Origin: an uncultured Prevotellaceae bacterium
GTDB taxonomy: Bacteria > Bacteroidota > Bacteroidia > Bacteroidales > Bacteroidaceae
Assembly: GCA_945932615.1 (NCBI GenBank)
Contig: CAMEQD010000006.1
Location: 5,825 to 69,824, forward strand
Direction: 5' to 3'
DNA length: 64,000 nt
Below are positions 7,014-17,500 of the stretch, piece by piece. How positions within the stretch are numbered: position 1 is the stretch's first letter; every line of letters starts with the position of its first letter. The translations under genes were made by a program, and so were the position numbers. A model generated the notes under the pieces. The model was not told the DNA's origin. It worked only from the letters and a program-made list of their open reading frames with translations, and did not search any database.

Positions 7014-10000
7014 ATGAGACCGGACAATACCAGATACCACGAGAGTGAGCAGGAGTTTTTTGCAGAGCTTGAGGCTTTGCTTACAGATCCGTCGCAAGGC
7101 GTGACGCTGCGATACCATGCCTTGCGGCAGATAATGCTCAGGGTGCTCGACCAGGCTCTCGAAGGCAATCATCTGAACTTCGTGGGCACATTTGCCAAGA
7201 CGGACTATATCATCAAGGAACGGCATATCCCTGCCCATGAGGCCGAACTGATTCACGAGGCACGTGTGCTGCTGTCGCACTACAAGGAGCACGACGATGA
7301 CGTGCTTGCCACATATCTGCCTCATGCCGTCAAGGCTGTTGCCCTGCTTGTTTCACAGAATCTGCCTCCTTCGCTGTCGAGACTCTTGCCACGGCGAGAT
7401 GTCAGAGGAGACTGGGGAAAGTATGACGAGAGCCGCATACGCTGCATCGTGGAGGATTGGGACGAGGAGCTGATCTACGTAGTGAGCGATGAACCTCATC
7501 GGCATATCTGTGTGTGCTACTCGATGGACAACATATATCTCACGCGCAATGGTCTACTCGACTGGTCGTATCTCAGAAATATTCTCAAACGGGGCTCGCA
7601 GCTCAACCTTGTACGGGTGCGTTGGCAAGACTCTGCGACTTGTGGGGGACAGGGGCAGACCGCTATGCCTGAGCTCATCATCTTCGAGCCTGACTATCTT
7701 GTGAACATCACTACGATTGCGTCGTGTTTTGAATCGTACTGCGAATCCCCCTTGGTGAGTATTCTCAACAGGCTGAAACCGCAGCCTAATACGGTTGCCA
7801 TACATCTGGGCAATCTCTCGGGGCAGATGCTGGACGATGTAGTACACGGACTCGACGTGCCATTTGCCGAGACGATGAGAGAATTCTTTCGCCACAATGC
7901 CCTGCAGCTCATAGCCTGCCCTGATATGCTGGACAGAGATAAGGTGACGGAGTTTTACAACGAGGCTCGCAGACAGGAGGCCAATATCAAACAGCTGATA
8001 GGCGACGCCCTACCCCTCTCGGTCAGTGGATATGACAGCCGTGATGTCATGCTTGAACCGTCGTTCTTCTGCGAGACGCTTGGCATACAGGGGCGTATGG
8101 ATATGCTGGCCGCCACGCCTGACGGTGCCGTCATCGTCGAACAGAAATCGGGCAAGGGAGGCTTTGTCCCATACCGTACGCCAAACTATGACCCAGAACT
8201 GCCTGCCATACAGGAGAAGCACTGGGTGCAGTTGTTGCTGTATCGCGCATTGTTCACGTATGGCCTTCACGAGACTCCCTCACACATCATGCTACTTTAT
8301 TCGAAATATGCCAAAGGGCTGATTTCGACTGCTGCCAACCCTGAGTTGCTGCTGAGGGCTATACGTATGCGCAACCTCTTGGCCTACACTGAGATGAAGT
8401 ATGCCGACGAGCCTCTCAGTCTGCTCGGAAGCCTCAGTCCTGACGATCTCAACACCAAGGGGGGCAACGGGAGGCTCTGGCAGGGATATGTGAGACCTGG
8501 ACTCTCTGACCTGCTCGCTCCCATACAGCAGGCTGACGAGACTACGCGCGCCTACTATCTGCGGTTTCTGCAATTCATAGCCAAAGAGCAGATGCTCGCC
8601 AAGATGGGCAACAAGACCAAACAGGGCAGTGGTTTTGCAGCGAAATGGCACTGCTCGCTCGAAGAGAAACAGAACTCTGGCGACATATACCTCGGGCTGA
8701 GTATCATCGAGCAGATTGAGAGCCCAGACGGCAATGACAACATAGTACGGCTCGGCTTTACTGAGGGCAACGACACGGACAGCAGCAATTTCCGACAGGG
8801 AGATATCGTCGTACTGTACCCATACGCCCCTGACCGTGAGCCTGACATCTGCGCTCAGATGGTATATCGCGGCACCATAGACCGCATTACTGCCGATGAT
8901 GTCTGCATACGTCTGCGTGGAAAGAATATCCCTCAGTCTGACACGAGCGGTGATGCCAGATGGGCTATAGAGCACGACCTGCTTGACACTTCGTCTACGC
9001 TCTGCTATGCCATGCAGCAACTACTGCTCGCCCCTGTGCGCCGCCGCGAGCTCATATTGGGGCTGCGTATGCCTGAGGTCGATACGACGCTAAGTCTCTG
9101 CGGCGAGTATGGCAAGTTTGACGAGCTTGCCCTGCGTGCCAAGCAGTCGAGAGACCTCTTTATGATTGTGGGGCCTCCAGGGACGGGCAAGACGAGTTAC
9201 GGTATGCTATGCCAACTCAAGGAGGAGCTGCTCAGCCAGGGGACGGTATTGCTGCTCTCGTACACGAACCGTGCCGTAGACGAGATTTGCAGCAAGCTCG
9301 ACGAGGAGGGGATAGATTTTCTGCGCATAGCTTCGGCATCGGTATGTGAGGAGCGTTTTCATAAATATCTGCTCGCCAACAGAATCAAGGGCATGAAAAA
9401 GGCTGAGGAGGTGCGACGGTATGTCAGCGAGGTGAGAGTGGTGTGTGCCACTACATCGACGATGAATGCCAATGCGCATCTTTTCTCAGTAAAGCATTTC
9501 ACGCTTGCCATCATCGACGAGGCTTCGCAGATTCTTGAGCCGCAGCTCGTGGGTCTGATGAGTGCGACACACTCTACGCCAGAGGGCTCTGTCCCAGCCA
9601 TAGAGCGTTTTATCATGATTGGCGACCATAAGCAGCTACCTGCCGTGGTGCAGCAGACGGGTGAGGAATCGCGGGTGGAGCTGCCCTTGCTTCATGCCAT
9701 TGGGTTGACGGACTGCTCGCGCTCGATGTTTGAGAGGCTCTTGTGCCTCTATGGGCAAAGCGATATGCCTCAGTCATCATACTGCTATACGCTGACCCGT
9801 CAGGGGCGTATGCACCCTGAGATTGCATCGTTTGCCAACGAAGAGTTTTATCAGGGTATACTCGATGTGGTACCCCTACCCCACCAGACAGAGCACGGCG
9901 TGGAACGCGTGAGGTATATCCCCTCGCCGGACTTTGAGCAAAGTCTCTATACTCCGACGAAGACGAATCCGTCAGAGGCGGCTATCATAGCTCGCGAGGC

Positions 10001-10421
10001 TTTTGGCATTTACCTCAGTACAAGAGACTCTTTTGATGCTGGTGAGACTCTGGGGATCATCGTGCCGTATCGTAACCAGATTTCGACTATACGCAAGGCT
10101 ATCACGACGCTCATCTCTGGGCATACGGACTACGACACTGCCGTTGGCATAGCGCAGAGCATCACAATCGATACGGTAGAACGCTTTCAGGGCTCGCAGC
10201 GCGACTACATCATATATGGTTTTACCATACTGCACCCCTACGAGCTCAACTTCCTGACCAACAACTCTTTCGTGCAGGACGGGCACGTCATAGACCGCAA
10301 GCTAAACGTGGCACTGACGAGGGCACGCAAACAGCTCATCATAGTGGGCAACCCCAGTATCATGCGCAAGAACCCAACCTTCGGCAGGCTCATAGAGTGG
10401 GCTCGGAGCGCATCGCGATGA
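7014..10421 (+). CDS. PD-(D/E)XK (RecB/Cas4-like) nuclease fused to SF1 Upf1/DNA2-like helicase
   Basis: The nuclease motifs are GRMDMLA...IVEQKSGKG...HWVQLLLY (D, ExK, QxxxY). The helicase motifs are VGPPGTGKT, IIDEASQ, RFQGSQRDYIIYG and NVALTRARKQLIIVGN. The ORF opens at 6942, but a TAACTTTG -7 box at 7001-7008 favours the ATG at 7014. Confidence 0.85.
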   Translation: MRPDNTRYHESEQEFFAELEALLTDPSQGVTLRYHALRQIMLRVLDQALEGNHLNFVGTFAKTDYIIKERHIPAHEAELIHEARVLLSHYKEHDDDVLATYLPHAVKAVALLVSQNLPPSLSRLLPRRDVRGDWGKYDESRIRCIVEDWDEELIYVVSDEPHRHICVCYSMDNIYLTRNGLLDWSYLRNILKRGSQLNLVRVRWQDSATCGGQGQTAMPELIIFEPDYLVNITTIASCFESYCESPLVSILNRLKPQPNTVAIHLGNLSGQMLDDVVHGLDVPFAETMREFFRHNALQLIACPDMLDRDKVTEFYNEARRQEANIKQLIGDALPLSVSGYDSRDVMLEPSFFCETLGIQGRMDMLAATPDGAVIVEQKSGKGGFVPYRTPNYDPELPAIQEKHWVQLLLYRALFTYGLHETPSHIMLLYSKYAKGLISTAANPELLLRAIRMRNLLAYTEMKYADEPLSLLGSLSPDDLNTKGGNGRLWQGYVRPGLSDLLAPIQQADETTRAYYLRFLQFIAKEQMLAKMGNKTKQGSGFAAKWHCSLEEKQNSGDIYLGLSIIEQIESPDGNDNIVRLGFTEGNDTDSSNFRQGDIVVLYPYAPDREPDICAQMVYRGTIDRITADDVCIRLRGKNIPQSDTSGDARWAIEHDLLDTSSTLCYAMQQLLLAPVRRRELILGLRMPEVDTTLSLCGEYGKFDELALRAKQSRDLFMIVGPPGTGKTSYGMLCQLKEELLSQGTVLLLSYTNRAVDEICSKLDEEGIDFLRIASASVCEERFHKYLLANRIKGMKKAEEVRRYVSEVRVVCATTSTMNANAHLFSVKHFTLAIIDEASQILEPQLVGLMSATHSTPEGSVPAIERFIMIGDHKQLPAVVQQTGEESRVELPLLHAIGLTDCSRSMFERLLCLYGQSDMPQSSYCYTLTRQGRMHPEIASFANEEFYQGILDVVPLPHQTEHGVERVRYIPSPDFEQSLYTPTKTNPSEAAIIAREAFGIYLSTRDSFDAGETLGIIVPYRNQISTIRKAITTLISGHTDYDTAVGIAQSITIDTVERFQGSQRDYIIYGFTILHPYELNFLTNNSFVQDGHVIDRKLNVALTRARKQLIIVGNPSIMRKNPTFGRLIEWARSASR

Positions 10422-10457
10422 CGACAAAATGTCGCTACCTTTCTGTCAGTACAAATG

Positions 10458-10482
10458 CTTAACGAAATGCAAAAACGTTAAG
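10458..10482. promoter_or_regulatory. Inverted repeat CTTAACG-N11-CGTTAAG, candidate enhancer (UAS) for the hsp20 sigma-54 promoter
   Basis: The perfect 7-bp arms lie about 75-100 bp upstream of the -24 element. A third GTTAACG lies near 10517. Confidence 0.35.
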
Positions 10483-10556
10483 TCGGGCGGCTCTATGTTT
10501 AAAGGAGTTTACCAAAGGTTAACGCTGACTGACAAAAGTGCTCCTGCGCATGGTTG

Positions 10557-10571
10557 TGGCACTCTGTTTGC
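10557..10571 (+). promoter_or_regulatory. Sigma-54 (-24/-12) promoter upstream of hsp20
   Basis: TGGCAC-TCTGT-TTGC matches TGGCAC-N5-TTGC exactly, 31 nt before the ATG at 10602. Confidence 0.7.
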
Positions 10572-10601
10572 GATATACTCAGTGTATAACAAACTAAAAC
10601 A

Positions 10602-11054
10602 ATGGAGGACAAAACTATGTTACCATCAATCATTTCAAACAGCAATCAGGGTTTCTTCCCATCAGTGTTCAACGATTTCTTCAACGACAATTGGCTCATG
10701 CCGCAGTACCACCGTACCTCACCTGCCATCAACGTGACTGAAGACGAAAAGGAGTTTCGTGTAGAGGTGGCAGCTCCAGGTATGACGAAGGACGACTTCA
10801 AACTGTCGCTCTCAGACAACGACATCGTCATCTCTATGGAGAAGAAGACTGACACCAACGACGAGAAGAAGGACAAGAAGTACATCCGCCGTGAGTTCAG
10901 CTACACGAAGTTTGAGCAACGTCTGCTACTGCCTGAGAATGTCGACAAGGAGGCCATCGCCGCACAAATGAACGACGGAGTACTGGTCATCAACATTCCT
11001 AAGAAGACCGAAGAGCAGAAGGCTCAGGAGTGCAAGTGCATCGAGATCAAATAA
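10602..11054 (+). CDS. Hsp20/alpha-crystallin small heat-shock protein
   Basis: INVTEDEKEFRVEVAAPGMTKDDFKLSL...REFSYTKFEQRLLLPENVDKEAIAAQMNDGVLVINIPK is a classic ACD. The alternative start is 10617. Confidence 0.9.
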   Translation: MEDKTMLPSIISNSNQGFFPSVFNDFFNDNWLMPQYHRTSPAINVTEDEKEFRVEVAAPGMTKDDFKLSLSDNDIVISMEKKTDTNDEKKDKKYIRREFSYTKFEQRLLLPENVDKEAIAAQMNDGVLVINIPKKTEEQKAQECKCIEIK

Positions 11055-11080
11055 GGTTCTTACTCTCGGCTGACAATTAT

Positions 11081-11117
11081 GACAAGGGCGTGCCGTTGAT
11101 TGCGGCACGCCCTTGTC
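11081..11117. terminator. GC-rich hairpin between convergent hsp20 and carB
   Basis: GACAAGGGCGTGCCG / CGGCACGCCCTTGTC form a perfect 15-bp stem with a 7-nt loop. Flanking U-tracts are weak. Confidence 0.6.
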
Positions 11118-11148
11118 GTGTGTATGTCGATGTGTATATTGCTACGTA

Positions 11149-14100
11149 TTACTCATACTCCTGCCATGACTTGATCTGTATCTCTCCGAGGGGGATACGG
11201 CAGAACGCCTCGATGAACGCGCTGGCCAGGCGAGCGTTGGTGATGAGTGGGATATTGTGGTCAATAGCACCACGGCGTATGAGGTAGCCGTTGGTCTTCT
11301 CACGCTTGGTGTGATTCTTGGGCACGTTGACTATGAGATCGAAACGGTGGTCGGCTATCATCTTCATGACATTGGGCTTGTCGGCTGACTCTTCGTCGGG
11401 CCATGCTACTGCGGTGGCCTTTACGCCGTTTGCTGCGAGGAAGTCGGTCGTGCCCTGGCTGGCATAGATGGGGAAGCCTGACTTCTGCAGGGCGATGGCG
11501 GCATCGAGCAGGGCAGCCTTGTCTTTGGTGCCTCCGCTGGAAATCATCACACCCTTGTCCTTGGACGGAATCGTGTAGCCCGTGCCTATCATTGCGTTGA
11601 GCAGAGCCTCTTCAAAGGTATCGCCCATACAGCCTACCTCGCCTGTACTGCTCATGTCTACACCCAGGATTGGGTCGGCAGGTGCAAGACGGTTGAACGA
11701 GAACTGGCTTGCCTTGACGCCGATGCGGTCGATGTCGAAGACGCTGCTGTCGGGCTTTTGATATGGGGCTCCGAGCATGATGCGTGTGGCTGTCTCGATG
11801 AAGTTGCGCTTGAGCACCTTGCTGACGAAGGGGAATGAGCGGCTGGCACGGAGGTTGCACTCGATGACCTTGACGTCGCGCCCCTTGGCCAAATACTGTA
11901 TGTTGAATGGACCTGAGATGTTGAGTTCCTTGGCGATGGCGCGTGAGATCTTCTTGATCTGGCGCGTGGTAGCAAATGATATCTGCTGGGCCGGGAAGCA
12001 CATCGTGGCATCGCCAGAGTGTACTCCTGCATACTCTACGTGCTCTGAAATGCCGTACTCTACGATTTCGCCGTTCTGCGCCACGCCGTCGAACTCAATC
12101 TCGTTGGTCTCCGACATGAACTCAGAGATGACCACGGGGAACTCCTTGCTGACGTTGGCTGCCATGGCGAGGAAACGCTCAAGCTCGTCGTCGTCGTGAC
12201 AGACGTTCATGGCTGCTCCAGAGAGTACGTATGAGGGGCGTACGAGCACGGGGTAGCCTACCTTGGCGATAAACTTCTTGACGTCCTTCATGCTCGTGAG
12301 TGCGCTCCATCGCGGCTGGTCGATACCGAGCTGGTCGAGCATGGCAGAGAACTTGCCGCGGTTTTCGGCACGGTCTATGCTGACGGGGTTTGTGCCCAAG
12401 ACGGGGACTGCCTGACGGAAGAGCTTCATGGCAAGGTTGTTGGGTATCTGACCTCCGACTGAGACTATCACGCCCGATGGGCTTTCGAGGTCGATGACGT
12501 CCATGACACGCTCGAACGAGAGCTCATCGAAGTAGAGGCGGTCGCACATGTCGTAGTCGGTGCTGACGGTCTCGGGGTTGTAGTTGATCATGATGGACTT
12601 GTAGCCGAGCTTGCGTGCAGTCTGTATGGCATTGACAGAGCACCAGTCAAACTCTACCGACGAGCCTATGCGATATGCTCCAGAGCCAAGCACTATGACG
12701 CTCTTGGAGTTCTGGTAGTAGTTGATGTCGTAGCCCTCGACAGCGTAGGTCATGTAGAGATAGTTGGTGAGCTCGGGATGCTCGCTGCCTACGGTAGGTA
12801 TGCGCTTGACAGCAGGTACGATGCCGAGCTTCTTGCGATGGTTGCGTACGGCGATATTGGCTTTCTCCCATGTGACGCCCTCCTTCTTGCCTACGCAGCG
12901 TGCTATCTGGAAATCACTGAAGCCCATGACCTTGGCCTCGCGCAGGGCATCGGCAGGTATGCTCTCGACGCTGTCGTAGGCTTCGAGCTTGTGCTTCTCG
13001 TCGACGATGTTTTTCAGTCGCTCCAAGAACCACTTGTCAATCTTGGTAAGCTCCTCGATACGGTCGATGGTATAACCTTGCTCAAAGGCCTCAGCGATGG
13101 CAAAGATGCGCAGGTCTGTGGGGTTGGCAAGCTCGTCGTCGAGGTCGTCAAAGTGCAGACCCTCGTTGCACACGAAGCCGTGCATGCCCTGCCCTATCAT
13201 ACGCAGACCTTTCTGAATGAGTTCCTCGAAACTGCGGCCGATAGACATTATCTCGCCTACTGACTTCATGCTCGAACCAATCTTGCGGCTCACGCCTGCA
13301 AACTTGGTGAGATCCCAACGCGGTATCTTGGCTATCATGTAGTCGAGAGAGGGTGCGACGTATGCGCTGTTGTCGGTGCCCATTTCGCCAATCTGATCGA
13401 GAGTGTAGCCCAAGGCTATCTTGGCTGCCACGAAGGCTAAGGGGTAGCCTGTAGCCTTTGAGGCCAGAGCAGACGAACGGCTCAGACGAGCGTTGATTTC
13501 GATGATGCGGTAGTCATTAGTCTCGGCATTGAAGGCGTACTGTATGTTGCACTCTCCGACGATATTGAGATGGCGTACACAGCGCACTGCTATCTCCTGG
13601 AGCATCTTGACTTGCTCGTCGCTGAGCGAACAGGTCGGTGCCACTACGATGCTCTCGCCGGTATGAATGCCGAGAGGGTCGACGTTCTCCATGCTCGCTA
13701 CGGTGAAGCAATGGTCGTTGGCATCGCGTATGACCTCAAACTCTATCTCCTTCCAGCCCTTGAGGCTCTCCTCGACGAGCACCTGGGGTGCAAAGGTAAA
13801 TGCGCTCTCGGCTATCTCACGGAAGGTCTGCTCATCGGGACACACACCGCTGCCGAGTCCGCCCAGTGCGTAGGCCGAACGTATCATGATGGGATAGCCT
13901 ATGCGGCGAGCCGTAGCGATGGCATCGTCTATATTCTCACACGCCTGAGAGACGGGGACCTTGAGGTCAATCTTGTTGAGCTCCTTGACAAAGAGGTCGC
14001 GGTCTTCGGTATTCATGATGGCCTCGACGCTTGTGCCCAAGACCTCGACGCCGTACTTCTTGAGCGTGCCGTTGAGGTAAAGTTCTGTGCCGCAGTTGAG

Positions 14101-14379
14101 GGCTGTCTGGCCTCCGAACGCCAGAAGTATGCCGTCGGGGCGTTCCTTCTTGATTACCTCCGTCACGAAGTGTGTGTTGACGGGCTGGAAGTATACCTTG
14201 TCGGCAATACCCTCGCTCGTCTGGATAGTGGCAACGTTGGGGTTTATCAGCACAGACTTGATACCCTCCTCGCGAAGTGCCTTGAGGGCTTGCGAACCAC
14301 TGTAGTCAAACTCTCCGGCCTGTCCGATCTTCAGAGCACCTGAACCCAGAACCAGAACTTTCTTCAACTGATTTTTCAT
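11149..14379 (-). CDS. carB: Carbamoyl-phosphate synthase large subunit
   Basis: MKNQLKKVLVLGSGALKIGQAGEFDYSGSQALKALREEG plus a duplicated ATP-grasp architecture, ~1076 aa. The start at 14379 fits better than the ORF start at 14424. Confidence 0.95.
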   Translation of the reverse strand: MKNQLKKVLVLGSGALKIGQAGEFDYSGSQALKALREEGIKSVLINPNVATIQTSEGIADKVYFQPVNTHFVTEVIKKERPDGILLAFGGQTALNCGTELYLNGTLKKYGVEVLGTSVEAIMNTEDRDLFVKELNKIDLKVPVSQACENIDDAIATARRIGYPIMIRSAYALGGLGSGVCPDEQTFREIAESAFTFAPQVLVEESLKGWKEIEFEVIRDANDHCFTVASMENVDPLGIHTGESIVVAPTCSLSDEQVKMLQEIAVRCVRHLNIVGECNIQYAFNAETNDYRIIEINARLSRSSALASKATGYPLAFVAAKIALGYTLDQIGEMGTDNSAYVAPSLDYMIAKIPRWDLTKFAGVSRKIGSSMKSVGEIMSIGRSFEELIQKGLRMIGQGMHGFVCNEGLHFDDLDDELANPTDLRIFAIAEAFEQGYTIDRIEELTKIDKWFLERLKNIVDEKHKLEAYDSVESIPADALREAKVMGFSDFQIARCVGKKEGVTWEKANIAVRNHRKKLGIVPAVKRIPTVGSEHPELTNYLYMTYAVEGYDINYYQNSKSVIVLGSGAYRIGSSVEFDWCSVNAIQTARKLGYKSIMINYNPETVSTDYDMCDRLYFDELSFERVMDVIDLESPSGVIVSVGGQIPNNLAMKLFRQAVPVLGTNPVSIDRAENRGKFSAMLDQLGIDQPRWSALTSMKDVKKFIAKVGYPVLVRPSYVLSGAAMNVCHDDDELERFLAMAANVSKEFPVVISEFMSETNEIEFDGVAQNGEIVEYGISEHVEYAGVHSGDATMCFPAQQISFATTRQIKKISRAIAKELNISGPFNIQYLAKGRDVKVIECNLRASRSFPFVSKVLKRNFIETATRIMLGAPYQKPDSSVFDIDRIGVKASQFSFNRLAPADPILGVDMSSTGEVGCMGDTFEEALLNAMIGTGYTIPSKDKGVMISSGGTKDKAALLDAAIALQKSGFPIYASQGTTDFLAANGVKATAVAWPDEESADKPNVMKMIADHRFDLIVNVPKNHTKREKTNGYLIRRGAIDHNIPLITNARLASAFIEAFCRIPLGEIQIKSWQEYE

Positions 14380-14414
14380 CGTCTTATTTTTGTTGTTTAG
14401 TTTTTTATCATAAG

Positions 14415-14461
14415 AAAAAGCCACTCCCTCTGGTATTTGGCTACCAGTTGGAATGGCTTTT
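14415..14461 (-). promoter_or_regulatory. Terminator-like hairpin plus U-tract inside the carB leader (candidate attenuator)
   Basis: GCCACTCCCTCTGGTA / TACCAGTTGGAATGGC pair imperfectly (14420-14457). The hairpin is flanked by an A-run and a T-run. On the minus-strand RNA it is followed by CUUUUUCUU, ~35 nt before the ATG. Confidence 0.45.
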
Positions 14462-14534
14462 ATTTCGCTCTATTCAAGACCTCAACTGAGAGGCTTTGCC
14501 TGTATTTCTTGTGTACCTTTATCATATTTCGATG

Positions 14535-14542
14535 CAAAGGTA
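14535..14542 (-). promoter_or_regulatory. -7 box (TACCTTTG on minus strand) for carB
   Basis: CAAAGGTA is on the plus strand, ~155 nt upstream of the carB ATG. Confidence 0.5.
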
Positions 14543-14582
14543 CAAAAAAATGTGAATAAAGCGTACTGTAGGAGCAAGTTTT

Positions 14583-17500
14583 TTATCTTATTACTTTCTT
14601 TCCGTCTGCAATGACTACGCCCTTGGCTGGCAGACTCGCGAGTTTGCGCCCTGCGAGGTCATAGACTTTGGCTGCTCCGATGCCTGTGGCCTCCGTCTGA
14701 GAGATGCCCGTGTCGGGGTCGTCCTCGAAGACTGGAGCCTCAACCTCTTCGGCATTGACGGTAGAGCCATTGTCGGCACCTCCGTTCCAGTAAGCGAGCT
14801 TACCATCGCGCAGGTTGAGCTTGCTGGTAGTATAGCCTTTCTGACCTACAAAAAAACCATTGGTTTGATATGTAGACTTGTATACCACCCACTCGTTGTT
14901 CTGCTCGTCGGTCTTTTCGTCAAGAGCCTGCACGAAGGGAAAGGTATTGCCACCAGTATTGCCGTCGGCAATATTGATGGGTGTGGACAGCACCTTGTCT
15001 CTGTCAATGCCGTTGTAGATGATGTAGCCGTCGAAGGGATTGCCCACGAATGCCCACTTGGCATTGTTGGCATCAGTAGCAGGCTTGTCGCCTGACAATG
15101 ATATGGTGCTTGCATCGTCGTCTACGCTCCAATATGAGGCACCCTTGATCTTGAGATTATACCACTTTTGCGCACTGGCAAATGATTTGCTGGCTTCGAA
15201 GGGAGTGGTGGCGGTGATGACAAGGTCCTTGGTTGCATCTTCGGTGACGAAGCCTTCGGGCAGGGTGTAGGAGGTATACTCCGGCAAGGTCGTGGGGGCT
15301 GGCCACCCTGCATTCTTGACGGTCTCTACGGTCTCCGTGCCTTTGTTCTCTCCGTCGAAGATGAAGTTGTAGGTCACGCTGACTGGGTCGCCAAGCGAGA
15401 TATTAGGGTTTTCGATGATGTACACTGGGGTACCATGGTCGTTCCAGGTCCAGTTGCGCACTGCCATGGGTGATGAGTTAGTCACGATGCAGGCATAGTT
15501 TTGCGAACCGTCGGTCATATCTCCACCAGCATGGATGCTGTAAGTGCCGTCGTCATTTACCTTGAAGCCATCGATGGGGGTCTTTGTGTCAACCAACTTG
15601 TAGTCGCGACCGACGCGTGTCACGTATTTCTTACACGCAGGCTGGTAGATGTAGTAACTGCCAGCAGACTTGGTGATCTGCCATACTGTGGTATTGTCAA
15701 AAGGGCTCACCTCTTCCTTATATTTAGCCTTCACGGTTTCGTCTGCAGGCCAGCCGCTCTGTGCATTGACTACGCCGCGTATACTGACGTAGTCGTTGGT
15801 GATGCTTTCATTCCAGGCCCAGTAGCCTTCGTTGTTTTTAGATTTAATCTGATATACCTTTGCGTTGCTAAGCTGATCGAGACTGGTAATCTGAGTCAAG
15901 GCTTTCATATATGTCACGGTGACCACCTTTGTCTCTGCATTGACGCTGACTATCCCGGCGAGTCCTGTGCTGACTGGAGTGACTTCGACATCGTCAGCCT
16001 TGAAGTATTGTGAGGATTGGAATGTCTGACCGTCGGTGTATGCCACGCCGCAATAGCTCAGACCTCCCTCGCCTTCGGGCGCACCGACTATGCGTACCGT
16101 ATAGGTTACGGCCTGCTGCATGTCGCCCTCGATGACTACCTCGGTGCCGCGGATATACTCAGTGGGTATGGTGACTGTGCCATCAATGCCGCTCACGGCG
16201 GTAGCTGGCACCACTACCTCTATCCAGTTGGGGTTGCCGTTCTCGTCGAGCTGTACGGGCGAGTTGACATTGTAGCCGTAGCGCAGAGTGAAACCATTCT
16301 GTACAAAACCATTTTCTGGCACAATCTTAATCTTGATAGCCTCCTCGTAGTCTGCCATATAGTTGGAGAGGTGCTCACCAGTGGCTGCCAGGTAGATGTC
16401 GCCATTGAGCTGTCCTGCACCGACCTTGACCTTGTCGCCCTCATTATATACATTGAGCATAACGTCTATGATGCCACCTCCGTCGCTCTTGATTGTGGGT
16501 GAGCCGGCTGAACTGATGTCGTTCCAGTCTACCTTGTAGCGCATACGATACATGCCGCTGGCAGTAGAGGCCGGCACCGTAAAGTTTGGCATGGCGCCGC
16601 CTATGTTGTTGCCGTTTGGCCTGTCCTCGCCCTTGCTGTTTTTCCACTTGCCGTCTATCGTGACTCCAGTGTAGCTGACCACGTCGCTCGCATCGGCAGG
16701 AGTGCCATCTGCGTTGATGGTAGACGTGAAGCCGCCCTTATTGAGCCAATCTACATAGGTATAGGCATTCATGTAGGATCCCTGATAAGATACTGTGGGT
16801 GTGACAGTAGCACCAGCCTTGACCGAGAATACAGCCTTTGTCACGTCTTCCTTATAGAGAGCCTTGCCTGTGTTGGCGTGTGTCTGATTCTTGCCGTTGA
16901 AGGTCAAGCCTACACCGTTGAAGTTGCGGTCTTGGCGAGTGTTTTGCTCGGTCTTGTCGAACGTCAACGCATACTTCTCGGTAAAGAAACGTGGCGAAGA
17001 ATTGCGGTCTACGAGGATATTGTCAAAGTAGGCTACCCAATCTGCGGCATCTTCGTGAGCCGAGCGAACGTCGGGCACGATGACGAGAGAGTAGATGTCG
17101 ATACCTTTGCCTTGATTCTCAGCATCGTCTTTGGCATAAGACCAGCCCTTGACGCTGACTACGATGTCCTGCCAGCCCTCCTCGGGCTTGACGGGCAGAG
17201 GTGTGAGCGAGTAGAACTGCTCTACCTCCTGAGTCTGCCAGTTCCATGCCTCCTCGACGCGCTTGCCGAGACCGATGACCATCATGCGCGATGCAGCGGG
17301 CTTGTCCTTGAGATAGGCTGCCACGTGTATGTATTGAAGATCCTTAGTCAGGCGGAAGGGTTCGTTGAGGTCAATGCGCAGACCAAAGGCATTGCTGCCA
17401 AAGCGGCTGCGCTGCAGAGCTATGACTTTCTCGCTGTCGTTGCGTGGAGCCTGCATTACGGGGTCGACGGATTTGTCGGGATTGTCACACACACCCCAGT

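Noticed and set aside
10429-10737. 102-aa ORF spanning the hsp20 promoter region
   Set aside because: It covers the sigma-54 promoter and runs out of frame into hsp20. It has no motif.
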